Shown here: piece after piece, positions 1 to 13,700 of the stretch | Layout: the number at the start of each line of letters is the position of its first letter | Numbering within the stretch: position 1 is the stretch's first letter | DNA from: Mobula hypostoma | Taxonomy: Eukaryota | Direction of reading: 5' to 3' | DNA: 64,000 bases | Assembly: GCF_963921235.1 (NCBI RefSeq) | Contig: NC_086108.1 | Coordinates: 57,662,001 to 57,726,000, forward strand | Notes under the pieces: model-generated | Databases searched by the model: none | What the model saw: the letters and a program-made list of their open reading frames with translations, nothing else | What the model was told of the DNA's origin: nothing | Made by a program: the position numbers and the translations under genes

Positions 1-87
1 TAGAGATGCTGCCTGGCCTGCTGCGTTCACCAGCAACTTTTATGTGTGTTGCTTGAAATTTCAGCATCTGCAGATTTCCTCGTGTTT
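1..87 (+). mobile_element. 3' terminus of a Penelope-like element, cut by the window edge
   Basis: Near-identical to 50778-50828 and to the reverse complement of 49045-49133 (gatgctgcctggcctgctgcgttcaccagcaacttt...gcatctgcaga). Confidence 0.85.
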
Positions 88-166
88 TAATTTCTAAAGT
101 ACATGTTTGGCACAGCATTGTGGGCCGAAGGGCCTGTATTGTGTTGTAGGTTTTTCTATGTTTCTG
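88..166 (+). mobile_element. CR1 LINE 3' UTR end
   Basis: Matches the CR1 tail at 48655-48735 (ggcacagcatt...ggcctgtattgtg...ttttctatgtttct). Confidence 0.75.
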
Positions 167-279
167 GAAAATGCATGAGTGTACCAGGCAGCAGCAAAGC
201 CTGTGCTCCTATGAGCTCCTAAGACTACAGCATATATTTCAACGCATTGGATAATTACCACAAAGTTCTCTAAACTTTT

Positions 280-940
280 TATAGAACATAGAATAGTACA
301 GCACAGTACAGGCCCTTCGGTCCACAATGTTGTGCCAACCCTCAAACCCTGCCTCCCATATAAGCCCCCACCTTAAATTCCTCCATATACCTGTCTAGCA
401 GTCTCTTAAACTTCACTAGTGTATCTGCCTCCACCACTGATTCAGGCAGTGCATTCCACGCACCAACCACTCTCTGAGTAAAAAAACCTTCCTCTAATAT
501 CCCCCTTGAACTTCCCACCATTTACCTTAAAGCCATATCCTCTTGTATTGAGCAGTGGTGCCCTGGGGAAGAGGCGCTGGCTATCCACTCTATCTATTCC
601 TCTTATTATCTTGTACACCTCTATCATGTCTCCTCTCATCCTCCTTATCTCCAAAGAGTAAAGCCCTAGCTCCCTTAATCTCTGATCATAATGCATACTC
701 TCTAAACCAGGCAGCATCCTGGTAAATCTCCTCTGCACCCTTTCCAATGCTTCCACATCCTTCCTATAGTGAGGTGACCAGAACTGGACACAGTACTCCA
801 AGTGTGGCCTAACCAGAGTTTTATAGAGCTGCATCATTACTTCGCGACTCTTAAACTCTATCCCTTGACTTATGAAAGCTAACACCCCATAAGCTTTCTT
901 AACTACCCTATCCACCTGTGGGGCAACTTTCAGGGATCGA
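280..940 (-). mobile_element. CR1 LINE, 5'-truncated (ORF2 C-terminus plus 3' UTR)
   Basis: ORF 442-984 contains LYKTLVRPHLEYCVQFWSP..LERVQRRFTRMLPGL; short-repeat tail near 280-300. Confidence 0.95.
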
Positions 941-1429
941 GTCGAGAGAAGGTTAACCAGTTCCAGTGTACTCTTCCAGTGCAATGCCTTGAGTATAGTG
1001 GCTTTGGATACACTCAGATGGCTGGATTAGGCAGGACACATCATTCATGTACAAGCAGTTCCCAGCTTACAACAGTATTCTTTTTCTGAAAACTTATGAA
1101 TCTTAATTTCCTTGTAAGTCACAGTATTTGGGATAGGATCACAGAAACAGCTGTGATAGGAGAGAGAGCAGTGGAGGAAGAGCAGCCACCAGCTGGCCTC
1201 ACTGATTCAGTGAGTGAGCAAGTGAGTCTACTCAGTGTTCCTGGCTCTGCTTGGCTCAATCTGGCGCTCTATTGTTGTCGCATTATGTGCCGCAACATGA
1301 TTGTTGGGCAGAGCACGTATGCAGAAATGCGCTGTTGCCGCCCACCAGAAAATGCCTACACAACAGCTAGCAAATTCAACCTCAACCATCTCGTCTATCT
1401 CCTAAATAGTTGTCCAATATGGAGGTTGT

Positions 1430-1700
1430 GTTTAAATCAAGTCGTCATCACTCAGGGAGGCATTGTCTGCAAAATCAGAGACTTGAAGCAGGCATTCTGT
1501 TCCATGCTCTCTCAGGGAAGAGATTATGACAGTGGAAGAGTTGCCTTGAAGAAAGGCCACATACTGACTCCTGGGAATCCTTGGGGCATGACCATTCAAA
1601 GTGGAGGAAGAGCATTTGAAATGGTATTGAAATGGATCTGTAGCATGCAGGTCCAGCATCAGTGATGGAAGGAGTGAATCATTTCACAAAGTACCCTACA
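1430..1700 (+). mobile_element. Degenerate RTE-clade LINE C-terminal fragment
   Basis: An alternative frame near 1564 reads TDSWESLGHDHSKWRKSI*NGIE, resembling the RTE ORF end (W..LA.DR..WR). Confidence 0.55.
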
Positions 1701-1799
1701 GTCTGCTCTTCTGCGTACTAATTGCTCCATCTGCAGAAGAGTCTGTGATTCCCACATCAGCTTTGTTAGCAGCTGCAGAACACACAAAACCAGTATGGA

Positions 1800-3100
1800 A
1801 GTAAGATTTCCCCAATTCCGAGGAGCAGTAGCTGCTACTTAAGCGCACAAAACAGGAGTTGAAGGCAGGACTGGGAAGATAAAGCAATGAAGGGTATAAA
1901 CAAAAGGATGAAAATTTAAATTGGAGACTGAAGATGGAACAAAATGTATCATGAATAGAACCTATTCAGAATAAAAAGGTGATGGAAATGAACTTTAAGG
2001 AGTATGGAAAGTAGAAGAGCAGGCAGAGGTTGAAATAGTTGAGATATACAGAAACATAGATGTAATTTCAGCACCAAATGGCAAAGGTTGGGTCATTGTA
2101 TTGGAAACATAAATAAGTCGTATTTGTGAAGGGAGTCCTTCTGATTTGGGGGTCAGATGTAGTCCAGTTAACTGAGAGAAGAGCAAAACAAGACAATGAA
2201 ATAAACAATGTTGTGCTGAAACTAATTACACCTAATCCTTTCTGCCTGCACATGATCCCAAGTTTATTGTGTTTGCCAATCTTAATCTCTTCAATATTTC
2301 CAAGGAATAACTTGAGGAAATTGCAACTCATCCAGTGCTGCAGGCTTAGCAGGCAGTATGGCATCTTGGAGGCAGAGGAGAAAAGATCATGAAAAAGTAA
2401 ATTTGAATACCATTAATTACCCCAGGCCTTTGTATTCATGTTGTCTTATTGGACAGCATGTTGATGAAAGGGCTGACAAAACTGAAGCGATTGGTACAAG
2501 TGCTCATGTTTCTACATAGCTAAAGATGGAACTAAGTGTGGTTTATTCCAATGAATGGGCAACAGAAGAAGGACTTGCTTTGATTAATTGCTTCAAAGGT
2601 TCTGTTGATTGAGGAACGCAAAGAAGGAAATTGCTCCACAGTTGAACACAGTGTCATTTGGAATTAATTAGAAACATTTCAGTGCTATGAAATACATAAT
2701 CAGATTTGGTAGCAAACATGTTTAAAAGTATTTCTCTTGGAGAAGAGAGGAAAGTCGCAGAAAAAGCAGGAGTCTTAGAGTTATATATGTTCAGGGATTG
2801 AACTGGGGGAGATTTTGCTGAGGGATTGCAATGATGCTTTTGAAATAGAAAGGAATGGCTGTGAAGATGGTGAGTAGTTAGAATGTCATTTAGTATTTGG
2901 GAGATGAGCATATCAAAAAAATAGCAGTTTACAGTAATGGGAACGAGGAAGTAAAAAGGACAACTTGAAGAGAAAATGGGGGAGAAATGAGAGACATAGG
3001 AGCAAGATTCAGAGCATAGTCTAGGAAGAGTCTTCATTCTGGTTTGTTTGATTAGGGAAATGAGTTCATGAGGGGTCTTTAAACAGATTATTGAAGATAA
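1800..3100 (-). mobile_element. Ancient degenerate LINE, probably L2
   Basis: Purine-rich plus strand; minus ORF 2654-3109 has remnants such as HELISLIKQTRMKT, resembling the pre-RT region of L2. Confidence 0.4.
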
Positions 3101-3109
3101 AGAACTCAA

Positions 3110-3700
3110 TAGATTTCAATAGGTACATTTAATGTCAGAGAAATGTATACTATATACATCCTGAAAACCTTTTTGTGGATGTTTGCAAAGAAAAATAGGA
3201 GTGCTCCAAAGAATGAATGACAGTTAAATGTTAGAACCCCAAAGTCCCCCCAGCTCCCCCTCCCACACATAAGCAGCAGCAAAGCAACGACCCCCCCACC
3301 AGCAAAATAAGCATTAACGCCCCCCACCGAGCCCTCAAGTGTGCAGCAAAGCATCAATAAAGACACAGACTTGCACTACCCCAAAGGCTACTTGTTCACC
3401 TGGTAATTCAACACAACACAGGCTCTCTTTCTCTCCCTAATAAGGATAAAAAAGGTCTCCCCGTTTACAGCAAGAAGGGAGACATAACAGCAACTAGCTG
3501 ATATAGGATGTTAAAAGTCGGTTGCGTCACTTTTTCCAACCTCTTGCACCCAGAGAGTTGGCCCCAAAAAGGCTCAAGTCTCTGGACACACAGTCTACGG
3601 CAGCTAATCCGATGTTCCGAGTTCTCCTGCTACGCCTTAGTCGGGCACCGGCCTTGAATCAGCCCATCTCCAGAGCCACGAAAATCTGGCATCCTGAAGG
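3110..3700 (-). mobile_element. Non-autonomous retroelement with a Rex1/Babar-type 3' end
   Basis: Terminus aggtacatttaatgtcagag..catcctgaaa resembles the ends at about 17805, 35985 and 61805; non-coding body. Confidence 0.5.
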
Positions 3701-4149
3701 TGCCGGATTCATGTTAATGAATAGATGAATCAGTTATGTGCCAGGAATAATTATAATGCCGCCCATTGGATTTGCAGAAATAAAGGGAGAAATAGTGTGA
3801 ATAACAACCATAGTGGAGAGAATTCAGGTCTTATTGAGAGTAATGTATCAAATCCCCAAGAAGTAATTTAATTAGTTAAAAACCACTGTGGGAAATGCAA
3901 AAGAAAATCAAACATAAGCAGTAGCAGCTCAAGCTGGTGATTATAAGTGACTTGGAGTATTGCTTTTACTTGATCAATGTATAAGACAAGGTAGACTGTT
4001 TCCATAACAGGCTCCTGATTCTGCGTATTGGTAAGTTAACAGTGACTGCAGCATACTTTAATATAATTTGGAAAAATATACTGTATCTATATTTATGTCA
4101 CTTTACTAGAGAACAAAGGTTCATCTATTTTGATGGCCCAGGACTTGTA

Positions 4150-4935
4150 ACATAATAAAGCACAGGAAAAGGCCCTTCGGCTCACGTTGTTGCGTGAACT
4201 AATTAACCTAGTTCTTTCTTGCCTGCATATAGTCCATATCGCCCACTCTCTGCAGATTTAAGCACATAAATCATCTTGTATGCCTCTGTCATATCTGTTT
4301 CTGTGACCATCCCTGATTGTGCATTCCAGGCACCAATTTGTATAAAAACAGAAACTTCTCTTGCACATCTCCTTTGAACCTTACCTTTCTCACCTTAAAT
4401 GCATGCCCTTTTGTATTAGAAGTTTTCACCCTGGGAATAAGATATTTGCTGTCTACTCTATCCATGCCTCTCATGATTTTATAAAATCCATCAGATTTCC
4501 CCTCATCTTCTGCCACTCCAGAGAAAACAATCCCAGTTTGTCCAACATGTCATTATTGCACATGCCCTCTAATATAGGCAGCATTTTGGTAAATCTCTTC
4601 CATGCCCTCTCCATACCCTCCCAGAAGAGGATGGCTGGAATTGAATGCAATACTCTAGATGTGATCCCAGCCATTTTATAAAGCTGCAATATGATTTTCT
4701 GACTCAAACTTAATGCTTCGAAAAATGAAGGCAAGCATGCCATTTGCCACCTTTATCATCTGAACAACATGTGCAGCCGCTTTCAGAGATCTATGGATTG
4801 GGACTCCAAGATCCCACAGAATATCAATGCTATTAAGGGTTCTGCAATGAATTGTGTACCTTCCCGTTGCATTTGCTTGCCAAAGAAATAGCAGATGATG
4901 TTTAACCCGGACAAGTATAAGGTGTTGCACTTTGA
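4150..4935 (-). mobile_element. CR1 LINE 3' fragment, degenerate, with a 5' inversion
   Basis: ORFs 4289-4516, 4471-4743 and 4676-4930 carry CR1 C-terminal motifs (DLGVPIHRSLK, LGLFSLE). Confidence 0.9.
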
Positions 4936-7900
4936 ATCATAATCAACATGCCACAAAGCAAACATGGACCCATGTCCATAAGCCATAGGGGTGGAATTAG
5001 GCCATTTAGCCCATTGGGTCTGCTCCACCATTCCACCAAAGCTGATCTCGTATCCCACTCAACCCCATACACCTGTATTCTCACCACAACCTTTGATGCC
5101 CTGACCAATCAGGAAACTATCAATTTTCACTTTATATAGACCCATGGTCTTGGTCTCCCACAGCTGCCTGTGGCAGAGCATTCCACAGATTCACTACTCT
5201 CTGGCTAAAATAATTCCTCCTTACCTCTGTTCTAAAGGGTCATCGCTCAATTTTGAGGCTGTGCCCTCTAGTTCTGGACATCCCCATCATAGGAAACATC
5301 CTCTCCACATCCACCTTATCTAGTCCTTTCAACATTCGGTAGGTTTCAATGAGATTCCCCTGCATTCTTCTAAAGTCCAGTAAGTACAGGCCCAAAGCTG
5401 CCAAATACTCTTCATCTGTTAAAACATTTCATTCCTGGAATCATCCTTATGAACCTCCTCTGGACTTCCTGTAATGACGGCACATCCTTTCTGAGATATG
5501 GTGCCCAGAACTGTTGATAGTACTCCAAGTGTGGCCTGACTAGTGTCTTATAAAGGTTCAGAATTATCTCCTTGCTTTTATATTCTATTCCTCTTGAAAT
5601 AAATGCCAACATTGCAATTGCCACCTTTACCACAGACTCGACCTGTAAATTAATCTTCTGAGAGTCTTGCAAGATGACTCCCAAGTCCCATCTGATATTT
5701 GAATTTCCTCCCCATTTAGGTAATTTAGATAATAATTCAGACCTTTTACCAAAATGCATTTTCATACAGTTCCCACCTCTGTATTCCATCTGCCACTTTT
5801 TTGCTCATTCTTCCAGTTTGTCAAACTCCTGCAATCTCATTACTTCCTTAGGATTACCTACCCCTCCATCTATCTTTGTATCATCCGCAAACTTTGCCAC
5901 AATCCCATTATCTAAATCTTGAAAACATCTGGCCCAGGTGCCTTATCCACCTTAAGACCTTTGAGTTTGCTTAGCACTTCTTCCTTTGTAATATGAATGG
6001 CACTCACCACTGCTCTCTGACATTCATGGACCTCTGGCACATTCTAGTGTCTTCCACAGTGAAGACTAATGCCAAGTACTCATTCAGTTCATCTGCTATT
6101 TCTTTGACCCCAATTACTACCACACCAGCATCATTTTCTAGTGGTCCAATATCAACTCTCATCTCCCTTTTACTCCTTATATAACTGGAAAAACTTTTTG
6201 TATCTTGCTTTATATTATTGGCTAGTTTGCCCTCATATTTCATCTTTTCCCTCTTTATAGCTTTTTTAGCTGTCTTTCGTTGAATTTTAAAAACTTCCCA
6301 ATCGTCCAACTTCCTACACACTTTTGCTACCTTATATGCCCTTTCCTTGGCTTCTATGGAGTCCTTGACTTCCCTTGTCAGCCACGGTTGCCTACCCCTG
6401 CTATTTGAGAATTACTACTTCTGTGGGACATGACTATCCTGCACCTTGTGAACTATTTCCAGAAACTTCAGCCACTTCTGCTCTGCAGTCATCCCCGCCA
6501 ATATCCCCCTCTGGTCCACCTGGGCAAGCTCCTCTCTCATGCCTCTGCAATTTCTTTTATTCCATTGTGATACCAATACATCTGACTTGTGCTTCTCCCT
6601 CTCAAGTTGCAGTATGAATTCAATCATATTATGTTCACCCCCTCCTAAGGGTTCCTTTACTTTAAGGTCCCTAATAAAATCTGGATTGTTACACAACACC
6701 AATCTAAGATGGCCTTTCCTCAAGTAGGTTCAAGGACAAACTGCTCTAAAAAGCCATCTTGTAGCCATTCAACAAATTCCCTCTCTTGAGATCCAACATC
6801 AACCTGATTTTTCCCAATCTCCTTGAAAATTGAAGTCCCCCATTACAATTGTGACATTACACTTGTTGCATGTCCTTTCCAGCTTCCTTTGCAATCTCAA
6901 ACCCACATCTTGGCTACTATTTGAAGGCCTATATATGATCCCATAATGTTTTCTTTATGCTTGCATTTTCTTAACTCTATCCACAAAGATTGGACATTGT
7001 CTGACCCTATGTCATCTCTTTCTAAAGATGTAATTCCATTTCTTACCAACAGAGCCACACCACCACCTATGTCTTCCTGCCTGTTCTTTCAATACAAAGT
7101 ATATCCATTGATATTAAGCTCCCAACTATGAGCACCTTTCAGCCACGATTCATTGATTCTCACAACGTCATACCAACCAATCTCTAATCAAGCCACGAGT
7201 TCATCCCCACCTTATTCCGAATACTACGTGCATGTAAATGCAGCACCTTCAGTCCTGCATTCTTTACCCTTTTGAATTTTGCCTCTGTGGTACAATTTAA
7301 CTCTTTGCCCTGTCCACATTTGTACCCAATCATTGACTTGTCCTTCCTTACATTCATATTACACCTATTATCTAATTGTAAACCTGCTGGCTCATCCTCA
7401 GCTCTATCATCCTGGTTCCCATTCCCCTGCCATATTAGTTTGAACCGCTCCCAACAGCTCTTGCAAACTTGCCCACAAGAATGTTGGTCCCCCTCAGATT
7501 CATGTGCAACCAATCCCTTTTGTACAGGTCACAGCTGCCCCAGAAGAGGTCCCAATGACCAAGAAAACTGAATTCCCTGCCCCTGCTCTAATTCTTCAGA
7601 TGCACATTTATCTCCCACCTCACTCTGTTCCTATCCTCACTGTTGCATGGGACAGCCAGCAATCTCAAGATTACTGCCCTTGAAGTCCTGCTTCTCAACT
7701 TTTTTCCTAACTGTTTTCAGGACCTCCTCCCTTTTTCTACCAATATCGTTGGTACCATTATAAACCATGACTCCTGGCTGCTCACCCTCTCTTTTTGGGA
7801 TATTGTGAATGTGTTCGGAAACATCGTGGACCCTGGCACCTGGTTGCAAACTACCATCAGTGTTTCTTTTTCACATCCACAGAATCGCTTATCTGTTCTG

Positions 7901-8066
7901 CTAACTTTAGAGTCCCCTGTTACAGCTACCATCCTCTTGTTCCCTCCCCTTCTGAGCCATAGGGCCAGACTCAGTGTCAGAGGCACAGCTGCTGTTGCTT
8001 CCCCTCGCCCACCCCCCCCCCCATGTAGGTCCTCCCCGTCCCTCCTCCCCAACAGTACTCAAAAGG

Positions 8067-9637
8067 ATGTTAATGTGCGATTATGTCCTTTTGGTTACAC
8101 TGGGTTGATAAGAACGATTGGCCAATTTGGGTAGATTTGGAATTGAAAGCTGTGAAACAGTTTTATTTAACCTCGTTATTGGGAACTGTTTTACCTATAC
8201 AATTAGCTAAGGTAGCTCATTTAAATTTATACCCTATGATTAAGCATTCTTTACAAACTTGGCTCCAGTTCCATAATTTTTTTTCAATAATTAAAAAATT
8301 TAAACTTTGTAGTTTAATCTATCGAAATTACTTTTTTTGAGCCTTCTTTGAGTGATCCAATTTTTTTACTTTGGAAAAATAAAGGTATTAATTCTTTTCT
8401 GGATTTGTTTATAGAAGATAGACCGATGTCTTTTGAACAATTAGTTGATAAATGTTGTTCGTCCATCATTGACGTCGATGAAGACCTCAACACCATAACG
8501 GTGGTGTCGAGACTAGCGCGTGATTTGGATTTAAGTGAGGGAGAGTTGCGCAGCGTCAGCCTCACTCTCTCTTCCCAATGATAAATATTCTCTTTCATAC
8601 TCACACTGTTTACGATACCTTCAAGTTAGACATTTCTTACAAATATATTTAAGTAATTTTCCTTGCATATTGGATACTGACCTGTTAGATACTATTACCA
8701 GTCTGAACCCTTTCATGAAGGGTTCCATTGGAAGAATTTACAATTTACTTTTACAATGGGATAAGCATCCTTTTTAAGATTAAACAAGATTGGGAAAAGG
8801 AACTTAATTTGACTTTTATGACGGAAGATTGGACACAGATTCTGAAGTTGGGTTAACTCTTCTTTGATCTGTGCTAGTCATTCACTGATTCAATTTAAAA
8901 TTGTACATCGTTACTACTTGACGAAGGAGAGATTGTCTAAAATGTTTCCTAATGTAGATAGTTATTGCGATAGATGTAAAACTGAGACAGCTACACTGAC
9001 ACACATGTTTTGGTCCTGTTCTATACTGGAACAGTTCTGGAAGTCAGTTTTTTCTACAATTTCTAAAGCACTTAAAATTAATTTACAACCTAACAAATTA
9101 ACTGCTTTTTGGAATAATTCCTCAAAATATCTGCGGTATCGCTTTGTCTGACCAACATGTTATTGCATTTGTTACATTGATAGCTAGGAGGGCCATTTTG
9201 TTGAAGTGGAAGGATACGTCGGCTCCCATTTTGTCACAATGGTTCTTTCAAGTGATGCTATGTCTTAGTTTGGAGAAAATTCGAATTTGAACTTTTGAAC
9301 CTATGTTTCTTTTTCAGAAATGGTGGGGTTCATTTGCTCCTTACTATCATTTGAGTGAATTGATAGATTTCCTCCACGATCTAAATGTAAATTTTTAGTA
9401 TTTTTTTTCTTGCTGGCAGTTTCATGCTTATCTTTAGAAGCTTTTTGTATGACACAAATCTCTAATGGGGTTTTTTTTCTCACTTTTTCTTGCTCAGTAG
9501 GGGTTTTCTTTTTTTTTTGTCACCAAAATTTTTTCAATCTTTGAAACAATGTTTATTTTCTTGAGACATTGTAAGTGTTGCTTACTATGATGTACTCTTG
9601 TTAATTTTGGATAATAATAAAAAGACTTGAAAAGAAA
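8067..9637 (+). mobile_element. L1-clade LINE, 5'-truncated
   Basis: C-terminal CCHC-type region QFKIVHRYY..CDRC..THMFWSC (8864-9151); A-rich tail; 13-bp TSD agtactcaaaagg at 8054-8066 and 9638-9650. Confidence 0.92.
8454..8578 (-). mobile_element. 125-bp RTE-type 3' end inserted in the L1
   Basis: 8-bp TSD tgataaat (8446-8453, 8579-8586); removing it restores the L1 frame EQLVDKYSLS; CAA-like tail on the minus strand. Confidence 0.75.
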
Positions 9638-10544
9638 AGTACTCAAAAGGGAGTACTTATTGTTGAGGGGACAGCAACAGGGATGCTCTCCACTAACATT
9701 CTCCCTTCCCTCTCTTGACAGTCACCCATTTTTCTGTCTCCTGCAGCCCTGGGGTGACTACCTCCCTGTAGATCCTGTCAATCACTGCTTCACTTTCCCG
9801 TACAAGCTAAAGGTCATCGAGCTGCAGCTCCAGTCACCTAACATGGTCTCTAATGAACTGCATCTCAATGCATTTGGTGCAGCTGTGGCCATTGAGAAGG
9901 CTGGAAGTCTCCTGGAAATTCTACATCTGATACTCGGAACAGAACACTGGCGCTGCAGACTTACCTCCTATTCTTTCAAAAGTTAAATAAGAAAAAGAAA
10001 TGAGAAATAAACTTCCCTACTTAGCTCACCTCCACCTCTTCTCGCCAAAGCCTGTTGAGCCAACGCCTTACCACTCTGACTCAGATCACTCTGATGATGA
10101 CCTCTCCAGTAGACAGTACCTCTCTTCTATGGAGAATGGGTTTTCCGACCTCTGTTCTGGTCTTGCGCAGGAACATTTCTACTGCATCTGCACCGCAGTC
10201 CAATATTAGTGATAATAAGTCTGATTCAAAGTACGACACTTCACAATTGTCTAGATTAAAATCCCATCTCTCATTTCTGAACACATACCTGTAACTAATT
10301 AATATCTGGTTGCATCCTTTGGTAATCTTTTACACTATCCACTGTGCTACCAGCTTTTGTGTCATCTGCAAACTTACTAACTCACTGGTCCACTTTTTTG
10401 TCCAAGATATTTATATCCATCACAAACAGCAGAGTTCCCATTACAGATCCCTGTGGAACACCACTTATCATGGAATTCCTGCTAGAATAAGCCCTGTAAA
10501 CCACTAATGCAGCCATGAAGCTACTGGCTTCTAATAATTAAAAA

Positions 10545-10710
10545 AAACCCTTCTGGCCCACTAGTATTCTTCATTGAAGGAAATTTGCTATCCTTATTCA
10601 GACTGGTCTACATGTGACTCACAACTCCACCAATAAGGTTGACTTTTAACTGCGTCCATCATTTGGGGCAACAAGAGAAATATAATGCAAGCTTTTCAGA
10701 AATGTTCACA
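10545..10710 (+). mobile_element. Ancient SINE remnant, family unresolved
   Basis: gaaggaaatttgctatccttattcagactggtctacatgtgactc resembles, from memory, the body of an old chondrichthyan SINE. Confidence 0.35.
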
Positions 10711-13700
10711 TCCTTTGCATGTATTAAGTACATCCAGGTATTCACCTCATATGAATAGGATGGCAAGGCTAAGAAAAATACAACAATTCATTTTTGATTT
10801 GAGTTGATTTAAATTTGTTTTCCAGTGCTTTAAAGTAGTTTAATTTTGAATAACGTTTACATTTTTAATACTACTTTTGATTTTTAATAGTTTTAAAATA
10901 TTCACAAACATTCAATTTTCTTTTTGGTTTTGACAGCTGGTAAACCTGGCAGCAGGGGTTAACTGCATGCCACAGCAGTTAGGCCATCAGACCATAGGAG
11001 CAGGATTAGGCCATTTGGCCCATTGAGACTGCTCCACCATTTCATCATGGCTGATCCAATTTTCTTCTTAGCCCCAATCTCCTGTCTGCTCCCCGTATCC
11101 CTTCTTGCCCTGATCAGTCAAGAATCTATCAATCTCTGCCTTAAATATACATAACGACTTGGCCTCACAGCTGCCTATGGCAAAGAATTTCACAGATTCA
11201 CCACTCTTTGGCTAAAGATATTCCTCCTCAACTCCATTTTAAAAGGATGCCCCTCTATTCTGAGGCTGTGTCCTCTGGTTATGGACTCTCCTACCACAGG
11301 AAACATCCTCTCCACATCCACTCTATCAAGGCTTTTCACCATTTGATAGGTTTCAATGAGGTCACCCCTCATTCTTCTGAATTCCAGTGAATACAGGCCC
11401 AGAACATTTGGGAACAGAAATAACAATTTCTTTAGTTCGCCCAACGGAAGGCAATAGCAAACCACCATTGCTAGATACTAGGTTTCCTAGAATCTATTTG
11501 CTAAGAAAACCATGGTCAAACTCACAAAGTGTATCGCACAACAACAGCATCAAGAGGATCTTCAAGACAGTTCTGAAGATGCTTCGCTTGGTAGGGTTGA
11601 TTCTGGGCAGCAGGGGATTCCCAACCATCATCAAGCTACTCATAAAATTTAAGAAACATGAAAAAAAATTATTACCACTTGGAATGTAAGAAGCCTATAT
11701 CAAGCAGGAAGATTGGACAATGTGATAAATGAAATGGAAAGACAAAAGATTAACATCATGGGAATTAGCAAAGTTAATTGGACAGGTGCTGGAACATGTC
11801 AGTATAGAAATAAAACACTGATTTATTCTTGTGGAACATCCCATACTAATGGAGTAGGAATTCTTATGGATGAAAACATGGCAAAAAGTGTTTTAGGACA
11901 TTGAATCCGACAAGGAGCACTCTTTCTGATATTGCCCAGAGGACAACCATTTGATTTAGCAATTATACAGGTATATGCACCAACAACAGATGGAACAAAT
12001 GAGGATATAGATAAATTCTATGAAGAGCTTGAACAAGCAAAGAATGGATGCAAATCTCAAGATATTGTTATTGTCATGGGAGATTTAAATGCTAAAGTAG
12101 GACAAGGTGCTGATAGAAATACCATAGGAAAATTTGGACTAGGGGAAAGAAATGAAAGAGGCGAGAAATGGGTAGAATGGTGCAAGATGAATAATCAGGT
12201 GATTATCAAAAACCATCGAAGACACTCGTGGACCTGGAAGAGTCCAGGTGATAACACCAGAAATCAAATTGGCTTTATTACTATAAACTGAAGATTTAGA
12301 AACTCAGTGATTCAATGCAAAACATATCCAGGTGAAGATTGTAAGAGTGACCATAACCCAGTAATATGTCATATAAAAGTAAAACTTAAAAAACTAAAGA
12401 AGCAAAAACCTGAACAATCCCTTGACTACTTGCAATTAATTAAAGAACAAAACTTAAGACAAAAATTCACAACTGAAGTAAGGAATAGATTTCAAAGTCT
12501 AGAAATAGAATCTGTTGAAGATGATAGCAATCATGTTGAAATGAAATTTAACTCTCTAAAGGATGCCTTGGTATAATCAGCAAAGTCAGTGATCCTTAAA
12601 AAAGAAAAAAACATAAGGAATAATTGGATGACAGATGAAATAAAGAATCTAATGGAAGAAAGGAGACAGAAGAAAGCAAATCCTACAAGTCCTTAGATTA
12701 ATAAGTTAAAAGCTTATGTCAAAAAGCTAAAGAAGAATGGTTAAACCAGGAATGTGAGCAAATAGAAAGAATCCCTATTACTGATCCAAAAAGGTTACAT
12801 CAACAAATCAAGAATATCACTGGTAAAAAGCTCCTCTGTTCTTCAGGTGGATGTTTGAAAGCAAAGGACGGTACCATTATCATGGAAAAAGATGAGATTA
12901 TGAACAGATGGACTGAGTATATTCAGGAATTGTTTGAAGACGATCAAGACGAAAAACCAGAAATTAAGAACTTTGAAGGTCCAAGTATTTTAAAATCTGA
13001 AGTTCATAATGCAATAAATAAGATGAAGAAAGGAAAGGCAGCAGGTCCTGATGAATTAGTAATAGAACAAATTATCACCGTTGAAGATTGTGGAATTGAA
13101 AAACTTACTGATTTAACCAATGACATTTATGAGACTGTAATAATATCAGAAAAGATGAAAAAAATCAGTATTTATCACTCTTCCTAAGAAACCTGGAGCA
13201 ATAGAATGTGGATTACTAGGACCATGAGTTTAATGAGTCATATCACCAAGATACTTCTAAGAATTTTGATGACGAGCTAAAAGTAAGATGCAAGCTGAAA
13301 TAGGTAAAGAACAATGTGGTTTTGTGAAAGACAAAGGTACAAGAAACGCAATATTGATGTTAAGGATACTATCAGAATGAGCTATTCAGGTGCAAAAAGC
13401 TTTGTTTGTTTTATCTACTATACAAAAGCATTTGATTGAGTGAAGCACAATAAGTTATTTGAAATATTACAGGAAACTCTAGATCTAGATTCCAAAGACC
13501 TCCGCCTAATCAGAAATCTGTACTGGGAACAAACTGCCGCTGTAAGAATAGATGGAGAAGTGAGTCAGTTTACGAAAATCAAGAGAGGTGTTAGACAGGG
13601 GTGGTTTTCTCCCCTGATTTATTTAATGTGTACAGTGAAACAATATTACAAAAAATGAGAGACATCTTGGGAATCAAAGTTGGTGTTGAAAACATCAATA

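Larger units (their letters stand above)
4975..10080 (-). mobile_element. Near full-length degenerate CR1 (ORF1 SGNH esterase, endonuclease, partly deleted RT), interrupted by L1
   Basis: ORF1 motifs VTGDS..PGARV..GTNDIG (7637-8052); EN start LHLHARSIRNK (about 7210); C-terminal LVRPHLEY (5412-5789); ORF1 resumes after 9650. Confidence 0.9.

Noticed and set aside
1096..1665. 189-aa ORF as a host gene
   Set aside because: No recognisable domain; it overlaps decayed RTE sequence whose real frame differs.
7637..8052. Host or bacterial-type SGNH esterase gene
   Set aside because: It is the known esterase domain of CR1 ORF1, frameshifted and directly upstream of the CR1 endonuclease.
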